From Neoechinorhynchus agilis (Eukaryota > Animalia > Acanthocephala): a stretch of 64,000 nt of DNA. The stretch spans positions 12,415,480 through 12,479,479 of the forward strand of contig CM121342.1 of the NCBI GenBank assembly GCA_051530055.1, given 5' to 3'. The notes under the pieces were generated by a model, which did no database searches, was not told the origin of the DNA, and saw only the letters and a program-made list of their open reading frames with translations. The position numbers and the translations under genes were made by a program. This document shows, one piece after another, positions 54,150 through 64,000 of the stretch; positions within the stretch are counted from its first letter, which is position 1; each line of letters opens with the position of its first letter.

Positions 54150-56475
54150 ATGAAAAGGCAAACTTCTGAAACGATTTCAACTGAATCAGAGGTGAAGGAA
54201 GCAAAAGTTCTACAAATCGATGACAAGTTACCAACGGCTCCATATTATCGTCAGAGTTTCATGCATCGCGACACTGTAACTCATGTGCTGGTAGTTCGTC
54301 GAGCTGATTTTGTGTTCACTGGAAGCGTGGACGGTCATGTTAAGCTGTGGAAAGTGAATGGTTATCATCAACGAAACGAACGCGATATCCGAGATCCGGT
54401 TGAGTTTGTAAAAGATTTCCACGCCCATTTAGGCCCGATCAGTCAGATGTGTCAGAGTCGAAGTAAAACCCTAGTTGCTTCTTTGTCAGCGGAAGATCGT
54501 TCATTTAAAGTCTTTGACGTTCATACGTTCGATATGATTTGTATGCAGAAGCTTTTGTTTGTACCACAATCGATGGAGTTTGTCGACGCAGAGACGACCA
54601 ATGGGGTTCTTTTATTATCAGATGCAGCCTCAGAGCGGATTGCTGTCTATGACTCTTCTGATTTTTCTCTGGTCGGAACATTGCCAAATATGCCTCACAA
54701 ACATCCGGTAAACCACATTCGATCTCATCCGTATCTTAATGTGTTTGTATCCACGGACACGATGGGAATGATTGAACTTTCCTATGGAGGCCGAGAAAGC
54801 GACGCTGATGGTCATCAACCTGGCACGGCCGTTCAATCACCGTTCGTAACTTTCCGGTCAAAGTGCACAACAGACATGTTTGTTCTTTGCATGCAAAAGA
54901 CACGAGCCCTCGATTTACAAATTAGTGAGGATGGGATGAAACTCGTAATCCTTGCCGAAAATAGATGCATTTACGTTTTTGATATCGAAACATTTAAACT
55001 CATACGGTCGTTTGATCAAAGGAGAGACAGTGAGGCTTCTAAAAGATGGTGGATCGTAGATCAAAAGAAAATGAATGATATGGATATTGGTAGAAAAATG
55101 GCTATTGAAGAAGATATCGACAAAGATGCGTTCTAATCGAAAATCAATTGTTGCTCGATAACAAATTTTCTTAAAACGTAGTCTTTAAACAGAATTTTTG
55201 GGATTTTGCAATTCACTTGAAAAAAGTGCTATTGTAGAATCGTATCTTTACATTTCGATTCAATTTTCACATTTTGCGTTTCGTCTTCTTCAAATCACAA
55301 CAAATTTAGAATTCTATTTCGAGCCTAATTTAAACCTTAAAAATTGACGCAAACTTTTCTCGTCTTAAAGCTTTAAACGATTTCACTCCCGCCTTGCCTT
55401 CAAATTCATTGCTCCCTTCTTGACTCCCATCGGACCCTTTGAAGAACTCTTTTGAACTTGGGAGCAACAATCGATTTCCATCCTCATCGCCGCTCTACAA
55501 GCATTCTGTACAATTCGATCCGACAAATCCAGACCGAATCTTGATCGGATCAGCAGTAGGTATTCGTATTTTAAGCATTAAAATAGGCGATGAACGTGAT
55601 ATTTCAATAGGCCAAGGTGAAAATATCCGTCCTCTTTGTTTCGATATTTGGCCAGAATCTGGTCAGCCGGCTCGCTTTGCTTCAGTTGAGGCAGCTGCGG
55701 CCGCAAGTTTGACTGGTGGTTCGTTCCGAACTACAGCTATTATATTCTCGACAGCTTACAAATCGAATCGATTTTTCGTTCTTGAAGGCCATATCGACGA
55801 TCCATCAGTCATTGATCTTCCCGAAAGTGAAGATCGTGATATTATGAACGAGCGTCCATACCACGACGCTCTAAGTCTCGGTCAAGAAGCAAGGAACCGA
55901 TTAGGTCAAGCTGATGCAATTAAAACCGGTTGTGGTGGGGTTAGGGCATCGAATGCTGTGATCCATACAACGCTGGGTGACATTGCTGTTCTCTTGTATC
56001 CAGAGCAATGCCCTAAAACAGTAGAGAATTTTTGTAGTCTTGCCCAGACTAATTACTATATCGACGGGCGTAAACAGAGAAAAGTCTTGAAGGTTTACGC
56101 TTCGTCTTGCTTAACGGGCACATCTTTCACCGGGTGATCCGTCAGTTCATGATACAAACCGGAGATCCACTTGGAACCGGTGTAGGTGGTCAGTCTATTT
56201 GGGGACATGATTTCGAAGACGAATTCCATCCGTCGCTTAAACATGATAAACCGTACACGCTGTCAATGGCAAATGCCGGACCAAACTCAAATGGATCTCA
56301 GTTCTTTATTACCGTTGTTCCTTGTCCATGGTTGGACCAAAAGCACACTTTGTTCGGACGAGTGATTTCCGGAATGGACGTTGTTCATAAAATCAATAAT
56401 CTAAAGGTTAACAAGAATGACAAGCCTGAAGAAGACGTCAAAATTATGTGTATCTCTCTTAAAAGAACGGTTTAA
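54150..56475 (+). CDS. PPWD1: WD40-repeat plus cyclophilin protein, three exons with two non-canonical introns
   Basis: [109 protein letters not shown]. Confidence 0.95.
55136..55497 (+). other. PPWD1 intron 1, putative non-canonical intron (3' junction uncertain)
   Basis: 16/18 inverted repeat GAAAATCAATTGTTGCTC (55139-55156) / GAGCAACAATCGATTTCC (55462-55479); TCTA direct repeat. Confidence 0.55.
56060..56112 (+). other. PPWD1 intron 2, 53-nt non-canonical hairpin intron
   Basis: Removal gives TNYY|[21 protein letters not shown] pairs with GTTTACGCTTCGTC; TA direct repeat. Confidence 0.75.
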
Positions 56476-56495
56476 TGTTCGATATGCGAGTCCCA

Positions 56496-57377
56496 TTAGA
56501 ACTTTGCGCTCAACAGGGTGTATATAGCCGGATCGTTTTTGCATTTTTCAACTAAATCTTCTTCGGTTACTTCAGTGGACAATCCAAATAGCTCGTGCAC
56601 CGTCTGTTGACTTATAAGTAGACAATCCTTGTTTTCTGCCATGACCATGGTTCTGGTGGTCATTTTTGTACATTTCTAGTTCACAATATAAGTATAGTCT
56701 TATAATTGATTTCTAATATTCGGGCATAAAAAAGCGGGTTGAAGAATTTTAGTCTTGAAGGACTCGCGGAGAAATTGGCACTCAGAAAACTACAATGGAG
56801 CGAATAATCTCCTCCGAGCGTCAATTAAGATCTTTAAAGAAATTTCTTTTTCCCGTACTCTTGCGAATCAGAACCACAGTCGTTCATGGTCCCATGCAGC
56901 GGGTCTGAAAATACAAGCAATCAAACTCAGAATATACCGAGCATCATCACGATTCAATGTGCTTTTTTGTGCAACACTTTTGTTTTGTTTGCTTAACAAA
57001 TAGAATCCAATCGAAACCCGGAGTCTGTCGAGAGGAAGTCCATACAACATGTTCAATGTAAACATATAATCCAGGAAATCGAATGTTTCCTTCTTTAATG
57101 CGTTAGTTACATTTCTTTGAAGTAAATTAGCTTTACGCTCGTTGTAGAACGATGAAAAAACTCCATTGAAAACTGACTTTGACAGTAATCCATCCGGACA
57201 GTCAATCAGAAATTTTCGGTACCAATTTTCTATTTGTACGGGGTCAGTCATGAATTTTCCTCGTTTTAAGACATTCAGCCATTCTGGATTTATGGTCGCA
57301 GAAGGACTAAGTGTTTTTTGGTCAGGTGAAATGAATCCATCAGACGGGTGATCGTAATCTTCAGTGCTTTGTCTCAT
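56496..57377 (-). CDS. Divergent neuronal calcium sensor (NCS/frequenin/KChIP-like) protein
   Basis: IENWYRKFLIDCPDGLLSKSVF matches the NCS N-lobe. An unannotated last exon (about 56496-56636) reads TEEDLVEKCKNDPAIYTLL*, like the NCS C-terminus. EF loops are degenerate. Confidence 0.6.
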
Positions 57378-58780
57378 TAGCAATAAGAATCTATAATGTG
57401 GCGAGATTGTATCTTGATCGAGCTTCAAAGGAAAAAATATTTTAAAGTCCTTCAAATCGCTCTCAGTTTACAATGAGTAAGGACCTAATCAAACGCCTAA
57501 AATATTCTACATTTGGAGCAGGCTGTTAAAAGAGTCGAAATATTGCAGCATGTCTTACTCGTCGCCGTCTATTAGGTCAATTGAGACTTCATTATGTGAG
57601 AATATCGATTATGACCAACAAGACTTCAGTGACTATATTGGCTTTTATTAGGAATGCGACCAGAACAAATTTAAGAGTCAGTTCCGATTTAAAATTTCTC
57701 TTATTCATACAAAGGCAATTCACCGATATTTGCCTTCGCGAAGGTTCAACGAATCTATAGAAGAAATTAAGCAAACCTCAAAGGCATTCAATCCACAAGA
57801 AACGATTTTGAAAAAGTTTGAATGCGGAATCCAGTGACGTTCTCTAGTTTTCAAACCAACTGCTCCAATGACATCCAGGTTCAACTCGCTTCACAAACGA
57901 AAGTTAAATAGACTAAAAAAAACCCGGCACTCGTTCAAAGTGTAAAAAAAACCGCGAAATAGTTAAACCTTTCAACAGTCTCTGACACATCTTTTTCCTT
58001 ACCAAAAATCGGAGATTGATTACTAAAGTAAAAAAGCGACTTCGATCAATTACTTCCATGGCTAAAAAATGAAATAATTTTATCGAATCCGATTGTTTTT
58101 CGGATTCACAAACTTGTGCTTTTATCAAGGTAGTAATCGGGATAAAGGCTCAATTTTTTCGGCTATAAAAAACATGAACAATTCAAACTTAAATTATAGC
58201 TTTGAATACTTAAATGTCACCGGCAAGTCGGGTTTTTTTTGTTCAGGTTAATACATCCCTTCTTCGGCTTTTTGGCATGGGGACGAAATACTGCTGAAGC
58301 GAAGAGGAAACTCGCTGAGCCCCATCTGAAAATCCGGAGAGATTCGTACAAACTCATGACCATGTGTTTTTGAGCGAGTCTGAGTTATTCAATCACTTCT
58401 CTGATTTAAGAGATCGATGTGACTTTATGCCAAAAAGTAGAGGAAGGGATGTAATAAACTTAAGTTATAGAATACAAAAATCTCCTATTTCCGCATAATC
58501 CGGGAGTATATACACATCAAATCGAGTGTGAATTCCGACGTTCCGATTGCGATGTTAAAACATCAAAAACGGGATGTTTTCACGTAGAACTCACATCTTT
58601 TCATCCAATAAAAAATGGTTCACCCGAGTAAGCGGGTGGAGCGATAGACTGGCATTATTGTATACATTACGTCACCACCTTTTAAGTAAGCGCTAAAAAT
58701 ACGAAAGACATTAATGCTATTTCTGAAAGCATCATTAGTCTGTTTTCTCTTGTGTGCGTTCTCTCGCTCGATATCGCACA

Positions 58781-60598
58781 ATGTCTACTAGCTCTCCGAC
58801 TTCTACGACGACGCTGCCAGTCCCGTCCACCGAGTTGCCGTCGACTACACCGCCGGGGGTTCCAGAGTTGTTTGATTGCCCAGATTTGGACCAGGTATTT
58901 ATTGATCGAGTTAATGACCAAATTAGGCAAAATCGTTTGTATTCGTCCGATTTCGACGAAGCCAATGTAAAAGCGCTTCTTCAGCTCACACCGCAAGCTC
59001 GAATGTCAATGATAGAGGAGTATGAGTCGCTTCGCAACACGACTTGGATTCCTGATCGGGCTGCCTACATTTCCAATCTTATTCAGAAACATAACGGTGA
59101 GCAATGTTGTTGCGTTGAGCAGTCTAATCTCCCAAAGCAAGACGAGCCCTTGGCTGAAACTACCACTAGTTCTTCATTAGCGCCCGTCGTCGCTACTGGT
59201 AATGTACCTGACTCAGAAGTAATGAAATCGATTGTAGAAAGAACCAAATACCCTTATGAGGTGACGAGTACGCAACGTAGATACGGTCCAGCTCCCGATG
59301 CCGACGTATCTGATCGCACTGAACTTTATGTAGGTCGTCTTCCTAAGACATTGAGTGAGGATCGCCTGATTCCACTGTTCGAAGAGTTCGGGAAGTTGTG
59401 GGATTTACGGTACCTTGTAAACCCCTATGATGGTCTCGGACGCGGTTTCTGTTTTGTTAACTATTGTCGAAAGGAAGACGCTCAACGAGCAATCGATCGC
59501 CTTGATGGCTATGAAGTTGTCCCCGGCACCCGGATATCTGTCAGTAAAAGCGACACCCAAAACGTTCTCTATGTCAGAGGGATTCCGAGGTCAAAGAGGG
59601 GTGAGGATGTCCGAACTGAACTATCTCGTTGTGTTGATGGAATTATTCGTGTTGATGTTACTCCCGGAAAAGACACCCCCAATCGTGGGTTTTGTTTTGT
59701 CCATTTCGAAAGTCAGCGGACTGCTGCTATTGCCAAAAAGAAAATCACGGGTGGTAGATATAGATTCTTCGATCGAGATCTTCTCGCTGATTGGTCAGAA
59801 AGTCAAGTCGACCCAGCCGCCGCATCCCGTGTCAAGGCACTTTTTGTAGCGAAACTGGGTTCTGATGCCAGTGAAGAAGACCTTAAAGAAGTTTTTGTAC
59901 CTTATGGGTCTATTGAACGCGTCAAGAAATTCGATACCTACGGTTTTGTGCACTTTGTTAACCGAGAAGATGCTGAGAAAGCGTTAGAAGCATTCCGAAG
60001 TGGCAAATTTCAAGCTGTAAAGGGAAAAAATGTTGACGTTGAATTCGCAAAGCCCCTTGCTGACGTACCTAAGAGAAAACCACGGGAACAAGGATCGAGA
60101 GGAGGTTCAGCACAACCTAGTGGCCAACCTCCATTCCCAATCCCTTTCATGATGGAAAATAGTGCCTTTTTTGGTCATTCAAGCCCTAATCATCCCATGC
60201 CGCCATCACCTTATGACCACCACATGATGCGTCAATCGATGCCACTGGGGCCACCGCCGTATGCCACTGGTGGATACCCAATGCTCCCCCCGTTGCCACC
60301 ACCGCCACCGCCGCCAATGGATACCTACGGCCCGCCGTCGAACAAAAGGCGATATCGCTCGAACCCACATCTGGGAGGTGGTTCTATGGGCGCACCGCCC
60401 ATGCCACCACCACCGCCCCAAGACCACCACTATGGTCACCATCAGCACTACCAACATTCTCCCTTCCAATCTTTATATTCAACACCTCCACCGCAATGGA
60501 GACCACAAGGCCCAAAACGATATAGAAGCGCCAATAACAGAAACGGTGGCGGCGGAGGGGGAAGATCCTCGTTTGGAGGAAGACGAGGAGCGTGGTGA
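58781..60598 (+). CDS. hnRNP R/Q (SYNCRIP)-like RNA-binding protein with 3 RRMs, intronless
   Basis: RAAYISNLI N-terminal domain, YEVTSTQRRYGP, LYVGRLP...GRGFCFVNY, LYVRGIP...NRGFCFVHF, LFVAKL...YGFVHF; Pro/His/Gly-rich tail. Confidence 0.85.
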   Translation: MSTSSPTSTTTLPVPSTELPSTTPPGVPELFDCPDLDQVFIDRVNDQIRQNRLYSSDFDEANVKALLQLTPQARMSMIEEYESLRNTTWIPDRAAYISNLIQKHNGEQCCCVEQSNLPKQDEPLAETTTSSSLAPVVATGNVPDSEVMKSIVERTKYPYEVTSTQRRYGPAPDADVSDRTELYVGRLPKTLSEDRLIPLFEEFGKLWDLRYLVNPYDGLGRGFCFVNYCRKEDAQRAIDRLDGYEVVPGTRISVSKSDTQNVLYVRGIPRSKRGEDVRTELSRCVDGIIRVDVTPGKDTPNRGFCFVHFESQRTAAIAKKKITGGRYRFFDRDLLADWSESQVDPAAASRVKALFVAKLGSDASEEDLKEVFVPYGSIERVKKFDTYGFVHFVNREDAEKALEAFRSGKFQAVKGKNVDVEFAKPLADVPKRKPREQGSRGGSAQPSGQPPFPIPFMMENSAFFGHSSPNHPMPPSPYDHHMMRQSMPLGPPPYATGGYPMLPPLPPPPPPPMDTYGPPSNKRRYRSNPHLGGGSMGAPPMPPPPPQDHHYGHHQHYQHSPFQSLYSTPPPQWRPQGPKRYRSANNRNGGGGGGRSSFGGRRGAW

Positions 60599-61769
60599 GA
60601 TTGCTCTAATAAAACGAAATACCTTGCGCGTAATCGATTGCTCGCATAGATGAATGAAATTTTCACCGATTTGGGGTTTTTTAAGGGAAGGGTTTGCTTA
60701 GCGGGCGGGACGGTCGTCAAATGAAGTTGCGATGAATTAAAAGTTCTCTTGAATCGTCTATAATACCTTTGTGAACAATGGACTCAATGAAACCGCTTGT
60801 GCTGAGATAAAAGTGCAGGTTGTATTTAGAATGATTCCGTAATGTTCAAAAAATGATATGTCTTTTATGATCGGTTCTTGTTATAAAGGTGCGTCTTTTG
60901 CAGAGTACGACAACATTACACATTCGAGATGGCATAGGATCATAATTTGTTGTGGTAAAAGAGATGAGCTGCGATCATAACAAGTGCATTAATATTCTTG
61001 CGCTTAGTTTAGAAGCGAATCCTCGTCTTGATTAATCGAAAAACCCAAAACCTAATTGTTTTATAAACGAAGAAAAACCCATCATTGGACGACTATCTCT
61101 CAGGCCGACATTTTTTGTGGACTAACGCCAGAAACGGGTATAACCCGGATTACACACTTGCAGTGCTACAATTTTAGCAAAAAAACAAATTATAAACATT
61201 AGAAACCTATCCTCATCTGTCATCTAAAAACGTTTAGTTGTTGTGTATTGGATGGCTTGCCCGACAACCACACTACTTCCAAAAAGCTTTTCTGATCTCA
61301 TCTACTCGATTTGTGATGCGAATGGAAATGGAAAGGATCGTCGAAGAATTAAAAGGGATATCCTCGCTCAATCCAAAGATGTGATTACCGGTCACGCAAC
61401 ACAAATTAGCCTTTAGATTCTGTTACCTTCGAAAGATAGAACTTGATCAAAGATAAAACTTATTGGTCGATCCACTCGCTATTGAAGACGAAGACTGGAG
61501 TTCTGTTGTACCACAATAAATTAATCACAATCGGAAACACTCCCGGGGCATCAAGAAGAGAATCGCCCAACATAAGCAAACCAATGTCGATTTGAACTCA
61601 CCGCCGCAATATACAATCGCCAAGATACTCTACAACATCGCGCAGATTTTAATGGCACGTATTTTGTAGCGAGAGAGCAAAACCTCAAAAGACGTTTTAC
61701 ACTTGAGACCTTAACTATATCTCAGCGCCCACAACACCACGAAAGGTACCAAAACTTTAGTTTAAAACT

Positions 61770-62356
61770 TTATTATTATTCATACGCCTCATTCAAACAC
61801 ACACAAATCAGTTCCTTAATTCTTTAGTTTATGTGTTCCAGCATATCCCGGACCTAAGACAACTGTGAGTTGAAGGACGATCTCTTAAATCCCTCACAGC
61901 AGCCTTGAGTACCCTTTTTATTGTCTATTAATAAGTATCCTTTTCCTATCCTGGGCCTGTAAAAGAGAGATGAGCGTAAAGAAATCACTTACCTCTTTCC
62001 TGTTTAATAGATTAGTGGAATTAATGGGTAAAAAACTAGAAGAGTTATTGTAAAAGATTGTAAGAATTGAAGAGTTGTATTTAAAATATTTACAGTTAGA
62101 ATTAAGATTAGAAAAAAACCAGATTTTAGACAAGAAAAGTCTTGTTAAAAAAGAAAAAAAGGTTCCGTATCTATATTATTTCTAAAGAGAATACTATTAA
62201 GCTTATTTAGCAAGATACGAAAAAAGGAAAGCCTATTTTCAGGAGGCCGGCCTCGTGCGAAAAAACAAATGGAACCCCCTAAAAAGATTTTTAAAACTTT
62301 GGAGATAAAAGGAGAAGAGATGGAGAGCCTGTTTGCTCTTTTGATGAAGATAACTG
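61770..62356 (-). mobile_element. 5'-truncated copy of the LINE A family with a 12-bp TSD
   Basis: TAGTTTAAAACT at 61758-61769 and 62357-62368; (TTA)3 tail; homologous to 714-1290. Confidence 0.92.
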
Positions 62357-62539
62357 TAGTTTAAAACTACCGATCAGCGACGTGTTTAACAACATTTGGA
62401 AGATGCGTGGTTTTCGCAATAACGAAAATTGCGCCCGAACGGAAAACGATAGTTTCGAGTATCCGAGACCTCCAGATCCTCCTTACGACCGTGGAGGAGT
62501 TGAAGCTATAGATGTGGATCAGGCACAAGCTGAAACAGG

Positions 62540-64000
62540 TCAGTATTTTCAGGTTCTTATATCCCGGTTTTAAGGGTCGCTTTTATGGCAAAGTTATGGA
62601 TGAGGCGGGTCCGGGCATTCGCAAAGGATAGATAATAGGCATATCTCGTTTACCCAGGAAAGAGGATGATTTTGGGATTAGGGTGAGGATATAGGATATG
62701 GCGGAGTTTTCCCTCGATGATCTTACTATTATCTATTATAGGGATGATCTAGCTGTTAAGAAATTGGAGGGGGTAGAAAATATCTAATTAAAATAGCCTT
62801 TCTGGCGAAGTGGTCCGCCCTGCTAATCTTCATGGAAGTAGAAGGTAAAAACCTGTTTTAGTAACTGCTAAAATCAAAATATAAAATATACGGATATTTC
62901 AAGAAGAGTTACAGCGATGGTGTTTAATCCACCCCTATTATGTCGGAGGAAGACTCTAAGAACTTTGAAAAGGTGTTTGGCCTCATTCCTATTAGATATT
63001 TACGCAAAAATCAGGGACATGAGACTTATGCTTTACTGGTTACAGGAACCCAAGATCGGCTTGATACAGTTCGAGGCAGGAAGTTTGGATTTATGGCATA
63101 CTGGATGAAGTCTGGTTCTTATCAGATTGAATCTATTCAGAATTTTGTGCTAAGACAATGCTCAAAGTGTTGCGAATGGAGCCATACCGGATTTCAGTGT
63201 AGAAGGGGGAGGTGATTGACATGAGTAACCTTTATTCGTAAACCTTCGAACAAAACACAAACACACCTTGGATTTTTGTTCACTAAATGAGGCTGTTTCC
63301 GAAGCAGCGAACCGCCACTTGGTGACGAATTATTTTATAAAGAACCAAGAAGGTCCCCTCCGACATTGTTCAATGGTGGAGGTCGAGGAACGAGACCTCG
63401 GACAACGGCTCTTCAATTTGCTTGAAAGCCACTAACGTTCTGAATAAGGATAATATGATCGGAATTGCTAAGGCTATGATCTATGCCCTCCCTGAGGAAT
63501 GGACGCGCATTAACCTTTTGAAACGAATTTTCCTTATTAAAAAGAGGGGAAAAAAGGTTACAGCCGGAGGAGATGTTCGCCCGATATCTATACAAAACTC
63601 ATTGGTTTCCATTTATGAAAGGGCCCTAGCCAAGTCTCTTTTACAGTTTGCCTTGGACAATGACTGCATCGATCGGAGATGCCATGGATTTCTACCTCAT
63701 AAATCTGTACATACGGCAATGACTGAAATTATAGCTAACTTTAATTTAAATCCGAAAGCAATGAATATTTTAATATCTTTTGACTTATAATCTCATCGCG
63801 AGGGTACACAATACCATGAAATCTAAAAAGTTCCTTTTCCAAGACGACACTTCCCAACAAATCTATAACCAGACGAGAGGAGTGCCGCAAGAGTCGCCGC
63901 TCTCACCCATACTTTTCTGCTTGGCCTCCCAATTCCTTATTAAGAACTGCACTGTCTGCAATGATTTGACCTTATATGCAGACGAGTTCACTGCGGTAAT
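62540..64000 (+). mobile_element. Third I/Jockey-like LINE (LINE C), internally deleted, running off the window end
   Basis: ORF1 pieces LPRKEDDFGIRV and QCSKCCEWSHTGFQC; RT pieces VRPISIQN, CHGFLP, GVPQESPLSP, LYAD. Confidence 0.8.

Noticed and set aside
62382-62573. 63-aa ORF after the truncated LINE A copy
   Set aside because: No recognisable similarity; lies between two TE remnants.

Overview
AT-rich, gene-dense eukaryotic DNA, most likely from an animal: it has a BAF-fold protein, an hnRNP R/Q-like protein, an NCS-type calcium sensor, and I/Jockey-, CR1/L2- and CRE-type LINEs. Host genes: GTF2H1/p62, a LicD/FKRP-family nucleotidyltransferase, dCMP deaminase, the 3' half of gamma-tubulin, PTH2, phosphoglucomutase, a basic-tail BAF-like protein, a secreted LRR protein, RPL37A, POLR1B, an unidentified multi-exon gene, PPWD1, an NCS-family protein and hnRNP R/Q. 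Accessory DNA: three related I/Jockey-like LINE families, a CRE-type element nested in a CR1/L2-like element, a 664-bp TRIM with a tRNA-Trp PBS, hairpin insertions with Penelope-type hammerhead motifs, and about 40 copies of a 257-bp satellite. Main discovery: conserved genes (POLR1B, PGM, PPWD1, LicD, probably the NCS gene) are interrupted by sequences that must be removed to restore conserved motifs but lack GT-AG ends. These are bounded by 11-26 bp inverted repeats that differ in sequence from one intron to the next, plus 2-4 bp direct repeats, often TA. Several ordinary GT-AG introns in POLR1B show the same end-pairing, which points to a structure-guided, non-canonical intron system (or DNA-level excision). 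All analysis was done by eye; alignments and RNA folds were not computed.
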